Shown: positions 36,370 to 44,985 of the stretch, piece after piece
Layout: each line of letters begins with the position of its first letter
Numbering within the stretch: position 1 is the stretch's first letter
From: Candidatus Bathyarchaeota archaeon
GTDB taxonomy: Archaea > Thermoproteota > Bathyarchaeia > TCS64
Direction of reading: 5' to 3'
Length of the DNA stretch: 64,000 bases
Assembly: GCA_016783485.1 (NCBI GenBank)
Contig: JADHWM010000001.1
Coordinates: 10,181-74,180, forward strand
Notes under the pieces: model-generated
What the model was told of the DNA's origin: nothing
What the model saw: only the letters and a program-made list of their open reading frames with translations
Databases searched by the model: none
Translations under genes and position numbers: made by a program

Positions 36370-37089
36370 ATGCTGTACATGGTGGCGGTGACACGCTTCG
36401 ACCTGGAATCGACGGGCGTCTGGTCTTTCCCGTTCACATTCCTCGTGTTGCTCCTCGTGGTGGCCGCCGCCGATGTGCTCTTCTCATTTATACCCTTTAA
36501 GATTGGGAGTGGCGGATGGCTTTGGGCCATCTCCACCACGGCCACAGCCGTGATCGCGAGCTACGTCGCGGAGAGGCTATCCATGGATCGGAGGAAAGCC
36601 CTCATCTCCATGATCCTTGCGGCCGCTTTCTCGGTCCTCTTCTACCGGGATCTCTCGGCCCTGGTCCAGAGAACCCCCGTGCTGGAGATGACGATGGCCA
36701 CCTCCAACCCGTTCATCGGGATGGCGGTCTACACCTCGGCCATTACGGTAGTGCCCAGTGCCCTAGTAGGTGTGATTCTAGGGGGCGTGATCAGCTCCTT
36801 CCACTTCTCGGAGAAGAAGTTCAAGCCACAATTCGATTTCCCCTCCACAACAGCAGTAAAAGAAGAGGTCATAGGTCACGAACTGGCCTGCGTCTCATGC
36901 GGGAGGTCGCTGCCCTTCGATTCCAAGTTCTGCCCCTTCTGCGGTATGGAGCCCGAGCATCGTTCCCTGCCTGCACCGAAGTTCTGCAGATTCTGCGGAG
37001 CACATCTCAAGTATAGGGGCATTTTCTGCCCCGAGTGCGGCGACGAGATCGAGATGATCTCGAAGCCCCACATCTTCTACTCTAATTAG
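36370..37089 (+). CDS. Membrane protein with C-terminal double zinc ribbon
   Basis: About 4 TM segments; CVSCG..FCPFCG..FCRFCG..FCPECG; start uncertain. Confidence 0.75.
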   Translation: MLYMVAVTRFDLESTGVWSFPFTFLVLLLVVAAADVLFSFIPFKIGSGGWLWAISTTATAVIASYVAERLSMDRRKALISMILAAAFSVLFYRDLSALVQRTPVLEMTMATSNPFIGMAVYTSAITVVPSALVGVILGGVISSFHFSEKKFKPQFDFPSTTAVKEEVIGHELACVSCGRSLPFDSKFCPFCGMEPEHRSLPAPKFCRFCGAHLKYRGIFCPECGDEIEMISKPHIFYSN

Positions 37090-37946
37090 GCACTCCGGAT
37101 CGTTGAGAGTCTCGCGTCCACCCTCACCTTCCAAGTCCCTGGGCTGTACTGAGAAACCCGGATGCGATCCAAGAATTCCGCAGACCGTCCGTATTCACTC
37201 GCCGCCTCTGCAATGAGTTTCTCTGCCTCCGTGAATGCATCCTCTTGGGAGGACCAATGATATAGATGGACCACTCCCCCGTCTTTCACGAGAGGAACGG
37301 CAACATCCAGAAACTTGTAGGCTCCCCGGGGGAGGGGCATCATGACTCTGTCGTAGGTCCTTCCTAGTCCGGGGCAGACCTCCCTGACGTCCCCCTCGAT
37401 GGCTTGGATCCTGTCGGATACCCTGTTGAGGTGGATGTTCTCGACGCAATAGTTGTGGGCTGCGGGGTTGAGCTCCACGGCGGTCACCCTGACCGTGGGG
37501 CGCCTCTTGCCGATCCTTATGGGTAGGGGACCGACACCGCTGAACATCACCAGAGTCTCCTCGCCGTCTCCCACCGCCTCTGCCAGCCTGTCCCTTTCCC
37601 TGCTCTCCCTGGGGGAGAAGTAGACCGTTCCGGGGTCGAGCCTGAAGACGCATCCAGACTCCCTGTGGAGGACCTCGGTATCAGGGTCGCCAGCGATGAG
37701 CCTGAGCTCCCTGATCCTATAATCACCTGTTCTGGCAGATTCCTTGGCGATGACGCTGGAGACGTTCTTGTTCACCCTCATGAGGGCCTTCCCGATCTCC
37801 TGCTCGACGTCCCTCAGCTCGTCGGGTATCTCGACCACGGCCACAGCCTTCTGCTTGGAGCCATAAATGTCGAAGGACTTTGTAACCAAGTTGACCTTGT
37901 CGGGAGGGAGGAGGGTCCTCAGCTCCGCTCGGAGATCTGGGCTCAT
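37086..37946 (-). CDS. Trm5/Taw2 (Met-10+)-family tRNA-modifying SAM enzyme
   Basis: HRESGCVFRLD, YFSPR..ER, MFSGVGP, ELNP, DRVMMPLP. Confidence 0.88.
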   Translation of the reverse strand: MSPDLRAELRTLLPPDKVNLVTKSFDIYGSKQKAVAVVEIPDELRDVEQEIGKALMRVNKNVSSVIAKESARTGDYRIRELRLIAGDPDTEVLHRESGCVFRLDPGTVYFSPRESRERDRLAEAVGDGEETLVMFSGVGPLPIRIGKRRPTVRVTAVELNPAAHNYCVENIHLNRVSDRIQAIEGDVREVCPGLGRTYDRVMMPLPRGAYKFLDVAVPLVKDGGVVHLYHWSSQEDAFTEAEKLIAEAASEYGRSAEFLDRIRVSQYSPGTWKVRVDARLSTIRSA

Positions 37947-38002
37947 CTCGGGGATAGAGTGACAGCACGGGTCTTATTTATCCAGTGGTTCGGTCTCTCG
38001 GA

Positions 38003-38293
38003 CTAGAAGATGGATCTCTCGCCGGTTTTGCGCATCAGCTTGCCCCTCACCCTGATCTCGTCCTGGAAGAGATCGTCGGGGTCAGAGTCCTCCCGGGTCC
38101 TCCGCTTCATGGTCTTTCCGCAGACGCCGTTTTCGAGGAGCTGACGCTGGAAACAGGTGGCGTAGTTGCACCCTTTGGGGGTGCACTCATCGCCGGTCCA
38201 CTCGCACCAGGCCTCTCTGCCCCTGATGCTCAGGGAGCGTTTGGTGCACTTGAAGTCGCGACAGTCTGGAAAACACTGTTTTACTCCTGACAA
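38003..38293 (-). CDS. Small Cys-rich hypothetical protein
   Basis: Eight Cys within about 52 residues; TTG start. Confidence 0.7.
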   Translation of the reverse strand: MSGVKQCFPDCRDFKCTKRSLSIRGREAWCEWTGDECTPKGCNYATCFQRQLLENGVCGKTMKRRTREDSDPDDLFQDEIRVRGKLMRKTGERSIF

Positions 38294-38430
38294 AATTAAT
38301 TACCTCGTCGATGTGGGAGAGTATTAAGCGCTATTTTCAGTATTAGGATAGCATTTAAACTTTATTCATATCCGGATCAGTATCTACTCTTCATAAATAG
38401 AAATGAAGTTAACTGGGGGATAGGAGGTCG

Positions 38431-39456
38431 ATGCACGTGGTGAAAGTCGTGGTGAGCGGGATACCCCGGGGCTACCAGATGCCCCGGGAGGACGGCAACT
38501 GGCTCCTGGAGAAGCATAGGCGACAGATCATGTCCGTCTCCTCCGATGTGGAGCTGGTCGAGATGCCCCAGGGAGAGGTGCACAGGGTCGGCGGGATGGT
38601 TGAGGGTGTCGAGGTCCTCCTCGCCGAGGGGGGGAACACGATCCATTACGGGGAGGAGCTGGACCGGGAGGACTATCTCAAGTTCTTCACCCCGAGCCTG
38701 AGGTTGGTCCAGCTCTGCAGCACGGGGTTCAGTGACAACATCACCCCGGAGATCATCAGTGGGGAAGTAGTACTCACCAACGCCCCCGGGATCCACACAA
38801 TACCTATCGCGGAGAGCGTAGTCGCTGCGATGCTCGACCACGCGAAGAGGCTGAAGCAGAGACGGATAGATCAGAGCGATCACGTGTGGGGAAACGTCAA
38901 GCTCAGTGAGCTCTACGGGAGCACGGTCCTACTGCTGGGACTCGGGAACATCGGGAGGCGGGTCGCCAGGCTTAGTAAATCATTCGAGATGAGGGTCATC
39001 GGCACCAAGAGGCGAATAGAGGAGGTGGAGAACGTGGACCTCGTCTTCCCCCCTGACGAGTTGAAACGATACCTCCGGGAGGCCGACTATATCGTCATCG
39101 CTGCGCCCCTCACCCACCTTACGGAGAACATGATAGGCCCCGAGGAGTTCGAGGCGATGAAGGATTCAGCCTATCTGATCAACGTGGGGAGGGGGAGGAT
39201 CGTGGATGAGGCCGCGATGGTCGAGGCACTTGGTGCGGGGAGCATCGGCGGAGCGTATCTCGACTGCCACGTGGAGGAGCCATTGCCCTTGGATCACCCT
39301 CTATGGGATATGGAGAATGTCCTCGTGATTCCCCACGACAGCCATTCCTCGCCCTTCATCGGGGACCGGATTGTGGATATCTTCTGCGAGAACCTCCGCA
39401 GATACCTGAAAGGAGATCCCCTACAACATGTCTGCGACCCCGCCCGGGGCTACTGA
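38431..39456 (+). CDS. D-2-hydroxyacid dehydrogenase
   Basis: GLGNIG, APLT..T, INVGRG, LD, PH motifs. Confidence 0.92.
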   Translation: MHVVKVVVSGIPRGYQMPREDGNWLLEKHRRQIMSVSSDVELVEMPQGEVHRVGGMVEGVEVLLAEGGNTIHYGEELDREDYLKFFTPSLRLVQLCSTGFSDNITPEIISGEVVLTNAPGIHTIPIAESVVAAMLDHAKRLKQRRIDQSDHVWGNVKLSELYGSTVLLLGLGNIGRRVARLSKSFEMRVIGTKRRIEEVENVDLVFPPDELKRYLREADYIVIAAPLTHLTENMIGPEEFEAMKDSAYLINVGRGRIVDEAAMVEALGAGSIGGAYLDCHVEEPLPLDHPLWDMENVLVIPHDSHSSPFIGDRIVDIFCENLRRYLKGDPLQHVCDPARGY

Positions 39457-39510
39457 CCCGGGACCAAGGGTTTCATATATCTCGTCTTCAGTAACCCGAT
39501 CGATCGCACC

Positions 39511-39765
39511 GTGTCGGGTATCAGGGTCGAGGACGCAGGGGGGGCTCAGGCTTCGGCTAAACGCTTTTTGGCGGCCCAGTTCGGGCCAAAAAAGGTGAAG
39601 GAGGTGAGCTTCTCCAAGGCCTGGTACGCGACGGGGGCCCAGAGGGACATCTGGGAGGTGGAGGGGGACGCCGTGGTGAAGACGGGCTGGTTCAGCAAGG
39701 AGACGGTCCACTTCAAGTTCCAGGTGGACCCCATCACGGGGAACGTCATCGCCTTCGAGATCTGA
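39511..39765 (+). CDS. Small hypothetical protein (PepSY-like pattern)
   Basis: AKRFL...WEVEG...FQVDPITGNVIAF. Confidence 0.6.
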   Translation: MSGIRVEDAGGAQASAKRFLAAQFGPKKVKEVSFSKAWYATGAQRDIWEVEGDAVVKTGWFSKETVHFKFQVDPITGNVIAFEI

Positions 39766-39782
39766 CCTGAAAAGACTGGAAG

Positions 39783-40394
39783 CTAGCTCTTCTCCAGCAG
39801 CCCCCCGTAGTGCTCTTGGACCTCGCTTATCCTGCCGCAGGTGAACCTCCCCTCGGGGCAGTATCCTAGCTGGCAGCAGTAGGGGCCGGACTCCTTGAAG
39901 AGGTCGGGGGCCACGGTTAAAACCTTGAGGAGCATCACGTCCGCCAGGATCTTGATCTCCCATTGGGCCCGTTCACAGCATCGTAGCCCGAAGAAGTGGT
40001 TGAGAGATCCGCCGTCCATTGTCATGAGCAGGCTGGTCTGGGCGGCGTTCGGTAGGACGAACCGGGCGTCCTCCTTGGGGACGCCGGATTCCACCAGTTT
40101 CCTGTATGCTTCACCGGAGGCGTCTACGAGATCCTTGAATGTCTCGGATTCATCTCCAATGGATCCGGGGGTGACGACCCTTTCGCTGAGCCTTTTCCCT
40201 GTGATGTATCTCTGGCTCTGCTGGGAGTAGGAGGCCGCCCGGTGCCGGACGAGTTGGTGGCTGCAGGCTCGGCTTATCCCCTCGATGGCGAAGGTGAAAG
40301 CCGTGTGGGGAAGGAGGTCGTTCTCCGTGAGACCTTCCTTGGAGACGTTCTTTAACAGTTCAACAGGTGTGTGGCTCAGGAGTTCGGCCCTCAT
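39783..40394 (-). CDS. thyX: Flavin-dependent thymidylate synthase
   Basis: ISRACSHQLVRHR, SYSQQSQRY, EDARFVLPNA, AQWEI; start revised to MRAELL. Confidence 0.9.
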   Translation of the reverse strand: MRAELLSHTPVELLKNVSKEGLTENDLLPHTAFTFAIEGISRACSHQLVRHRAASYSQQSQRYITGKRLSERVVTPGSIGDESETFKDLVDASGEAYRKLVESGVPKEDARFVLPNAAQTSLLMTMDGGSLNHFFGLRCCERAQWEIKILADVMLLKVLTVAPDLFKESGPYCCQLGYCPEGRFTCGRISEVQEHYGGLLEKS

Positions 40395-40804
40395 TTCTGT
40401 CTCTCCCTCAATGCCTTTAGAGAGGGGGCGAGCTTCCTCACCGAGTCGACGAGGGTGTCCCCGAATCCAGCTCTCTCTTTCTCCGAGTATTCCAGAATGG
40501 TCCGGAGGTTGGCGCTCATGAGCCATTTGCTCTCGCCGATGGGGGTGCAAGTGAAGAACCTGTTCTCGAGTATTATCCTGAGGACTTCCCCTTCGGTGGC
40601 CTCAAGGGTCCAGGTGAACCTGTTATGTTCCAGGATGCTCCCGTGCTGCAGCTCGAGTCTCCCAACGGCCGTCCTGACCTTTTGGGGGTAATTCTTCAGT
40701 CGCTTGTAGAGGGTGGAGGGTTCGGCTCCGCTGGTCGTGGTGAGCATCGCCGTGGCGATCAGCGTCTCGACGTCCGGGGTGTGACAGATTAGCTCCAGTT
40801 TCAC
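40391..40804 (-). CDS. Truncated ThyX-fold protein
   Basis: MKLELICHTP, HGSILEH, SANLR; lacks the RHR/SxRY motifs; ATGA-coupled to thyX. Confidence 0.7.
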   Translation of the reverse strand: MKLELICHTPDVETLIATAMLTTTSGAEPSTLYKRLKNYPQKVRTAVGRLELQHGSILEHNRFTWTLEATEGEVLRIILENRFFTCTPIGESKWLMSANLRTILEYSEKERAGFGDTLVDSVRKLAPSLKALRERQK

Positions 40805-40830
40805 GACATATTCCCCCTAGGGGGATTAGG

Positions 40831-41100
40831 TTAGACCGGGGGCATCTCGGATTTCTTAGGCTTGGCCTTTAGTTCTGGGGGTATGTCTACGGCCCTCACG
40901 ACGTTGATGGTGTTGATCACATAGATGGGTGCGCCGTCGGGCTCGAAATTCTTGAGCCTCTTGACCCCCCGGAGGACGAGCTTCACCTTGAGGGTGGTGC
41001 CGTCGCTGAGGGTGTATGTGTTCCAGTTCTCCTCGACCTCCTTGAAGTCGAGGTCGACGCTCCCTGCGAGGGCCCCCATGGGCAGTTTCTGCATGGACAT
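40831..41100 (-). CDS. Conserved hypothetical protein
   Basis: EENWNTYTLSDGTTLKVKLVL...DGAPIY; host-like codon usage. Confidence 0.7.
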   Translation of the reverse strand: MSMQKLPMGALAGSVDLDFKEVEENWNTYTLSDGTTLKVKLVLRGVKRLKNFEPDGAPIYVINTINVVRAVDIPPELKAKPKKSEMPPV

Positions 41101-41189
41101 ATCACCCTCCTGTATAGGGGGGCGTGTATTTACTCTTTCTCACGGCGAACCTTTAAGACTGGCTGTTCATTAGATTTGTTGATAAAAAA

Positions 41190-41780
41190 ATGTCAGCTTG
41201 GGACGATTGGTTCAAGAGGCTCAAGGAGCGGAAGGGATTTTTCTTCCCCGAGATCGATAAGATGATCGACGATATGGAGAAGGAGATGGCGGATTCCTTT
41301 AGGGACATGGAGAACCTGATGCCTCGAGACATGGTCAGGGTCAGGCGCCTCCCCGACGGCTCTGTCCGACGGGAGTACGGCCCCTTCGTTTACGGTTATT
41401 CGGTGAAGATCGGCTCCGACGGGAAGCCCATCGTCAGGGAGTTCGGAAACATGAAGCCCGGGCCGGGGGGCGAGAAGGGGTTTCCCCTCAACCTACAGGA
41501 TCAGAGGGAGCCCCTGGTGGACGTCATCGACGAGGAGGATCAGATCAAGGTGCTCGCCGAGCTCCCGGGCGTGGACAAGGAGGACATACACCTATACGTC
41601 GACGAGCACACCCTCACCATCAAGGTGGAGACCAAGGAGAGGAGGTACCACAAGGAGCTGGCTCTCCCCGACGAGATCGAGAGTTCATCCTCGAGGTCCA
41701 CATACAGGAACGGCGTCTTGGAGACCGTGCTCAAGAAGAAGAAGCGTAGGGACACGGGCACCCGCATCAGCATCGAGTGA
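41190..41780 (+). CDS. hsp20: Archaeal small heat shock protein Hsp20
   Basis: GPFVYGYSVKIG.DGKP..REFGN, REPLVDV, AELPGV, YRNGVLE. Confidence 0.95.
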   Translation: MSAWDDWFKRLKERKGFFFPEIDKMIDDMEKEMADSFRDMENLMPRDMVRVRRLPDGSVRREYGPFVYGYSVKIGSDGKPIVREFGNMKPGPGGEKGFPLNLQDQREPLVDVIDEEDQIKVLAELPGVDKEDIHLYVDEHTLTIKVETKERRYHKELALPDEIESSSSRSTYRNGVLETVLKKKKRRDTGTRISIE

Positions 41781-41782
41781 GG

Positions 41783-42808
41783 CTACTCGATCCAGGCGAG
41801 ACCCATCTTCAGCGGGGATTCCATTTTTTTCCCTGCGCCGATGGCCCAGCGGAACCTCTCCAGGGGGCTGGGCTGGCTCCAGAACCACTCGAAGACATGG
41901 TACTCTATCCCGGATGATTCCATGGTTTCGAGGCCGTATCCGTGAATCATCTCCAATCTGATCCCATGGCGCCTCGCCTCATCCACCAGGCTCGGATTGT
42001 CTCGCAGGGCCATGGTGGGGTCCATGAACATGAGACCCTTGACGGGGGTGAACAGGGTCCTGTTCTCTCCCTCGGGATGTGATGCGGTGCCGTCCGCGAC
42101 CTTGAGGAGGGCCATAAGATAGGCCGAGGGGTCCCCCGTCTGGTCGACGGCGTATCTGTCGCCCCAGGAGGAGGTCGGTCGGGTGGCGGTGACGTATTGG
42201 GACACCGTGAGGGCGAAGGGGATGTACCCCAGGGCAGCCAGGGCCTTGTCGAATAACCGCTCCCCGCCGTTGCCCACCCTTCTCGCAATGTATCTGCCCG
42301 TCAACCGGTAAGAGAGTATGAGGAGCCCGGTGAACATCGTCGCGGCGCCCAGGAAACCTGACTTCGAGGCGCCGATCATGTAGGCGATTACTGCCCTCAT
42401 CTCACGGTAGCTGAGTCGGTGCATCAAGCCCCTAGTGAAGAGGAGGACCGGCCCCCCCGTCAGTGAGGCTACCGTCACCGCATTGGGGGATTCTGAATCG
42501 ATTACTCCAACCTTAGTTATCTTGATCCCTGCCCTGCCAGCTTCCCCCTGGATTAGAGCCCACAGGACCGGGTCGGCTGCCTCGTCGAGCCACCTGGGGT
42601 CTAGATGGTTGACGACCTGGCTGGAGCCCATCAGCAGCTCGACGGCCAGCGAGGCGACCGAGACCAGGAATCCAGCCGCTGTCACGGTGACTGGGTCGAA
42701 TCTCAGCAGCAGGGACAGGAGGACCCATGAGAGGGTGAAGAAGAACGCAAAGTGTATCGCGAAGTGAATGGCTATGGCCGGGCGGAGCCTGGCTTTGAGT
42801 CTCCACAT
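41783..42808 (-). CDS. HtpX/M48 peptidase homolog lacking HEXXH
   Basis: PNA, TRGL...EMRAVIA, D..AV..TGDP..Y..AL.KV, SQP...ER; the HEXXH position reads YMIGA. Confidence 0.7.
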   Translation of the reverse strand: MWRLKARLRPAIAIHFAIHFAFFFTLSWVLLSLLLRFDPVTVTAAGFLVSVASLAVELLMGSSQVVNHLDPRWLDEAADPVLWALIQGEAGRAGIKITKVGVIDSESPNAVTVASLTGGPVLLFTRGLMHRLSYREMRAVIAYMIGASKSGFLGAATMFTGLLILSYRLTGRYIARRVGNGGERLFDKALAALGYIPFALTVSQYVTATRPTSSWGDRYAVDQTGDPSAYLMALLKVADGTASHPEGENRTLFTPVKGLMFMDPTMALRDNPSLVDEARRHGIRLEMIHGYGLETMESSGIEYHVFEWFWSQPSPLERFRWAIGAGKKMESPLKMGLAWIE

Positions 42809-42939
42809 GGGGCGTAGAGGAAATAGCCGGCGAAGGTAAATATCTGTTGTGAGACGCCCGACGATTACTGTGAATTCGAACACGGATTCGAACAGTTCAT
42901 CGTAGCAACCTATTTAATGGGCAGCGAGTTGGTAGAGAC

Positions 42940-42999
42940 TGGCCGATGATGTGAAGGCATTAGAGAGATTTGTGATCGATCAGAGTTACACTGAGGCCA
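42940..42999 (+). ncRNA. Archaeal C/D box guide sRNA
   Basis: Terminal stem TGGCC/GGCCA; C box ATGATGT (42946-52); D box CTGA (42991-94); degenerate D'/C'; guides AAGGCATT and TCAGAGTTAC; TATTTAAT about 25 nt upstream. Confidence 0.8.
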
Positions 43000-43093
43000 C
43001 CTTTTATCCCCGCAACCACATCAATCAGGCTTCTATCAGGCGGACGCCTCTATCCGGTTAGATTTAAAGCGCCCTCCAACCAAGGAAGAGGGG

Positions 43094-43351
43094 ATGCCGC
43101 CCCTCAAGGTCGCCCCCCTCGCCTTCGAGAGCCTCGGAGCCCGGAGTTCTACTCTATCGGTCGAGACCGACGATTTGAAGATCGTCATGGATCCCGCGGT
43201 GTCCCTCGCCCCTAAAAGGATCGGCCTTCCACCGCACACGGTTGAGGAGGAGGCAGGGGTCTCGGTGGGGCTCGCCGCAGAGTTTTTAGATGTCAAGCCA
43301 TCTCTGCTAGAGGCGAGAAGAAAGAAACTCTTCGGGAAAGCTGAGATCTGA
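43094..43351 (+). pseudogene. Internally deleted UPF0282/MBL-fold hydrolase
   Basis: N-terminus (PLAFESLGARS...DPAVSLAPKR.GLPPH) joined in frame to the family C-terminus (AAEFL...LLEARRKKLF) in only 85 aa. Confidence 0.65.
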
Positions 43352-43352
43352 G

Positions 43353-44210
43353 ATGGCCACTGACGACATGGATGCCCTGGAGTCCCAGGCGTCTGCGCTA
43401 TTCGAGAAGCGGGACGGGTTCAACAAGGAGAGGGAGACCCGGATAAGGGAGAGGGACCGCTTCAACGAGTCCGTGAAAGAACTGCAGGCGAAAGCTAGGA
43501 ACGCAAAGGCCGAGAGGGACGGCGTGAACGCGAGGGTCGCTGAACTCAAAGGGAGGCTCGGGGGTCTTAGGGAGCGACTGGAGGCGAAGCGGGAGGCCGC
43601 GGGAGAGATCCATGACGAGAACGATGAGAGCAGGGGGAGGCTGAGGCCCCGATGGAGGCTTTTGGAGGAGCTCAGGGAGATAGAATGGGAGCTCTCCACC
43701 ACACCCACCCTGGAGATAAAGGACCGGGAGGCGGAGCTCATCGAGAGGGCGAAGCACCTGAAGACCCAGGTAGAGGAGCACAGAAAGCTCGACACCCGGG
43801 ACGACATGTACCTGATGTCCCTCGCCGACTCGAATGCTGTCGGGATGGAGATCCGGAAGATCCGGGAGGAGATGGACGGCCTTCGGGAGACGGGTCAGGA
43901 GCATCACGAGAGGATGCTCGCCTTCTACAGGCAGGCAGACGAGGAGAGGAAGAGATCCGACGAGGCCCACAAAAAGTTCGTGGAGGCCCTCGAATCCCTC
44001 AGGGAGGTAAACGCGGAGCTCGACAAGATCATCCCAGAGCTGAAGAAGATACGGAAGCTCTCCCAGGATGAGGCGCGTTTCCTTGCGGAGAAACGAAACA
44101 AGGTCATGGCGGAGAAGAAGAAGGAGCTCGCCGAGGAGGCGAGACTTAAACTAGAGGCCGGGGAGAAGCTCAGCCTCGATGAGATGAAGCTCATCTACGG
44201 CGAGGAATAG
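43353..44210 (+). CDS. Archaeal long coiled-coil protein (COG1340-like)
   Basis: Continuous heptads; TTP.L.I..E.ELI; ends GEKLSLDEMKL. Confidence 0.8.
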   Translation: MATDDMDALESQASALFEKRDGFNKERETRIRERDRFNESVKELQAKARNAKAERDGVNARVAELKGRLGGLRERLEAKREAAGEIHDENDESRGRLRPRWRLLEELREIEWELSTTPTLEIKDREAELIERAKHLKTQVEEHRKLDTRDDMYLMSLADSNAVGMEIRKIREEMDGLRETGQEHHERMLAFYRQADEERKRSDEAHKKFVEALESLREVNAELDKIIPELKKIRKLSQDEARFLAEKRNKVMAEKKKELAEEARLKLEAGEKLSLDEMKLIYGEE

Positions 44211-44564
44211 CCCCTTGTTCGAGGCGCGTAATGGGATACCCCCCTTATTTGGATCGAATTTCAGTCTCAGATATCTAGTAGTGTGTACGGGGATCGATAA
44301 AGCGGAGCGGCCAAGGAAGAAATAGGGTCTGCTCCTTACTGAAGGTTCTTTCCCGTACGAGTATTGAATACTAAACCTGAATCACATGCGTGCAGATGGG
44401 TTCATGTTTAGAACTATTCGTTCTGATATTGGATACTGTTTTTCTGCAGAGGGTTTTTCCCGGGTGAGGGATCCGATTTCCATAAACGGGAATTAATGAC
44501 CAAATTCGTTAGAGAATCCTTTTATCAAAATAATATCTATAAAGAGTCGTGAAAAGGGGGAGAA

Positions 44565-44918
44565 TTGATGAAAGAACTTTATTTATCGGAGTACAAGAAG
44601 TATCTTCCGAGCGCAAACAACCTTACTATCATCTATACTAGTCTATTGAGGATGAAGAAGAAGGTAGGCAAGTTCATCAGGGATACCATTCCCAGCCGAA
44701 CTATCTTCCTGCAGGAGGTGAAGACAGAGGTCTGGAAGGAACTCTCTCTGATCTACTACAAGTACGAGGACAGCTATCAGAAGAGGGCTTTCAGGGAGGT
44801 GATCTCGGAGATATCGGAGAGCATCAACGACGGGAACTGGGGAACGGTCAACAACAAGCTGTACAGGTTCGAGCAGTTGAGCAGGAACAGTCCTTCCATG
44901 CCGTCCATCGATTTTTAG
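44565..44918 (+). CDS. Hypothetical protein
   Basis: 117-aa ORF with GGGGGAG SD and an AT-rich promoter-like region upstream. Confidence 0.55.
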   Translation: MMKELYLSEYKKYLPSANNLTIIYTSLLRMKKKVGKFIRDTIPSRTIFLQEVKTEVWKELSLIYYKYEDSYQKRAFREVISEISESINDGNWGTVNNKLYRFEQLSRNSPSMPSIDF

Positions 44919-44985
44919 TCACTTATTTTATCTTCTTGGGCACTCTGATTGCGAGTTCTCATTGAAGCAAGGTTTTCGAATGCCT

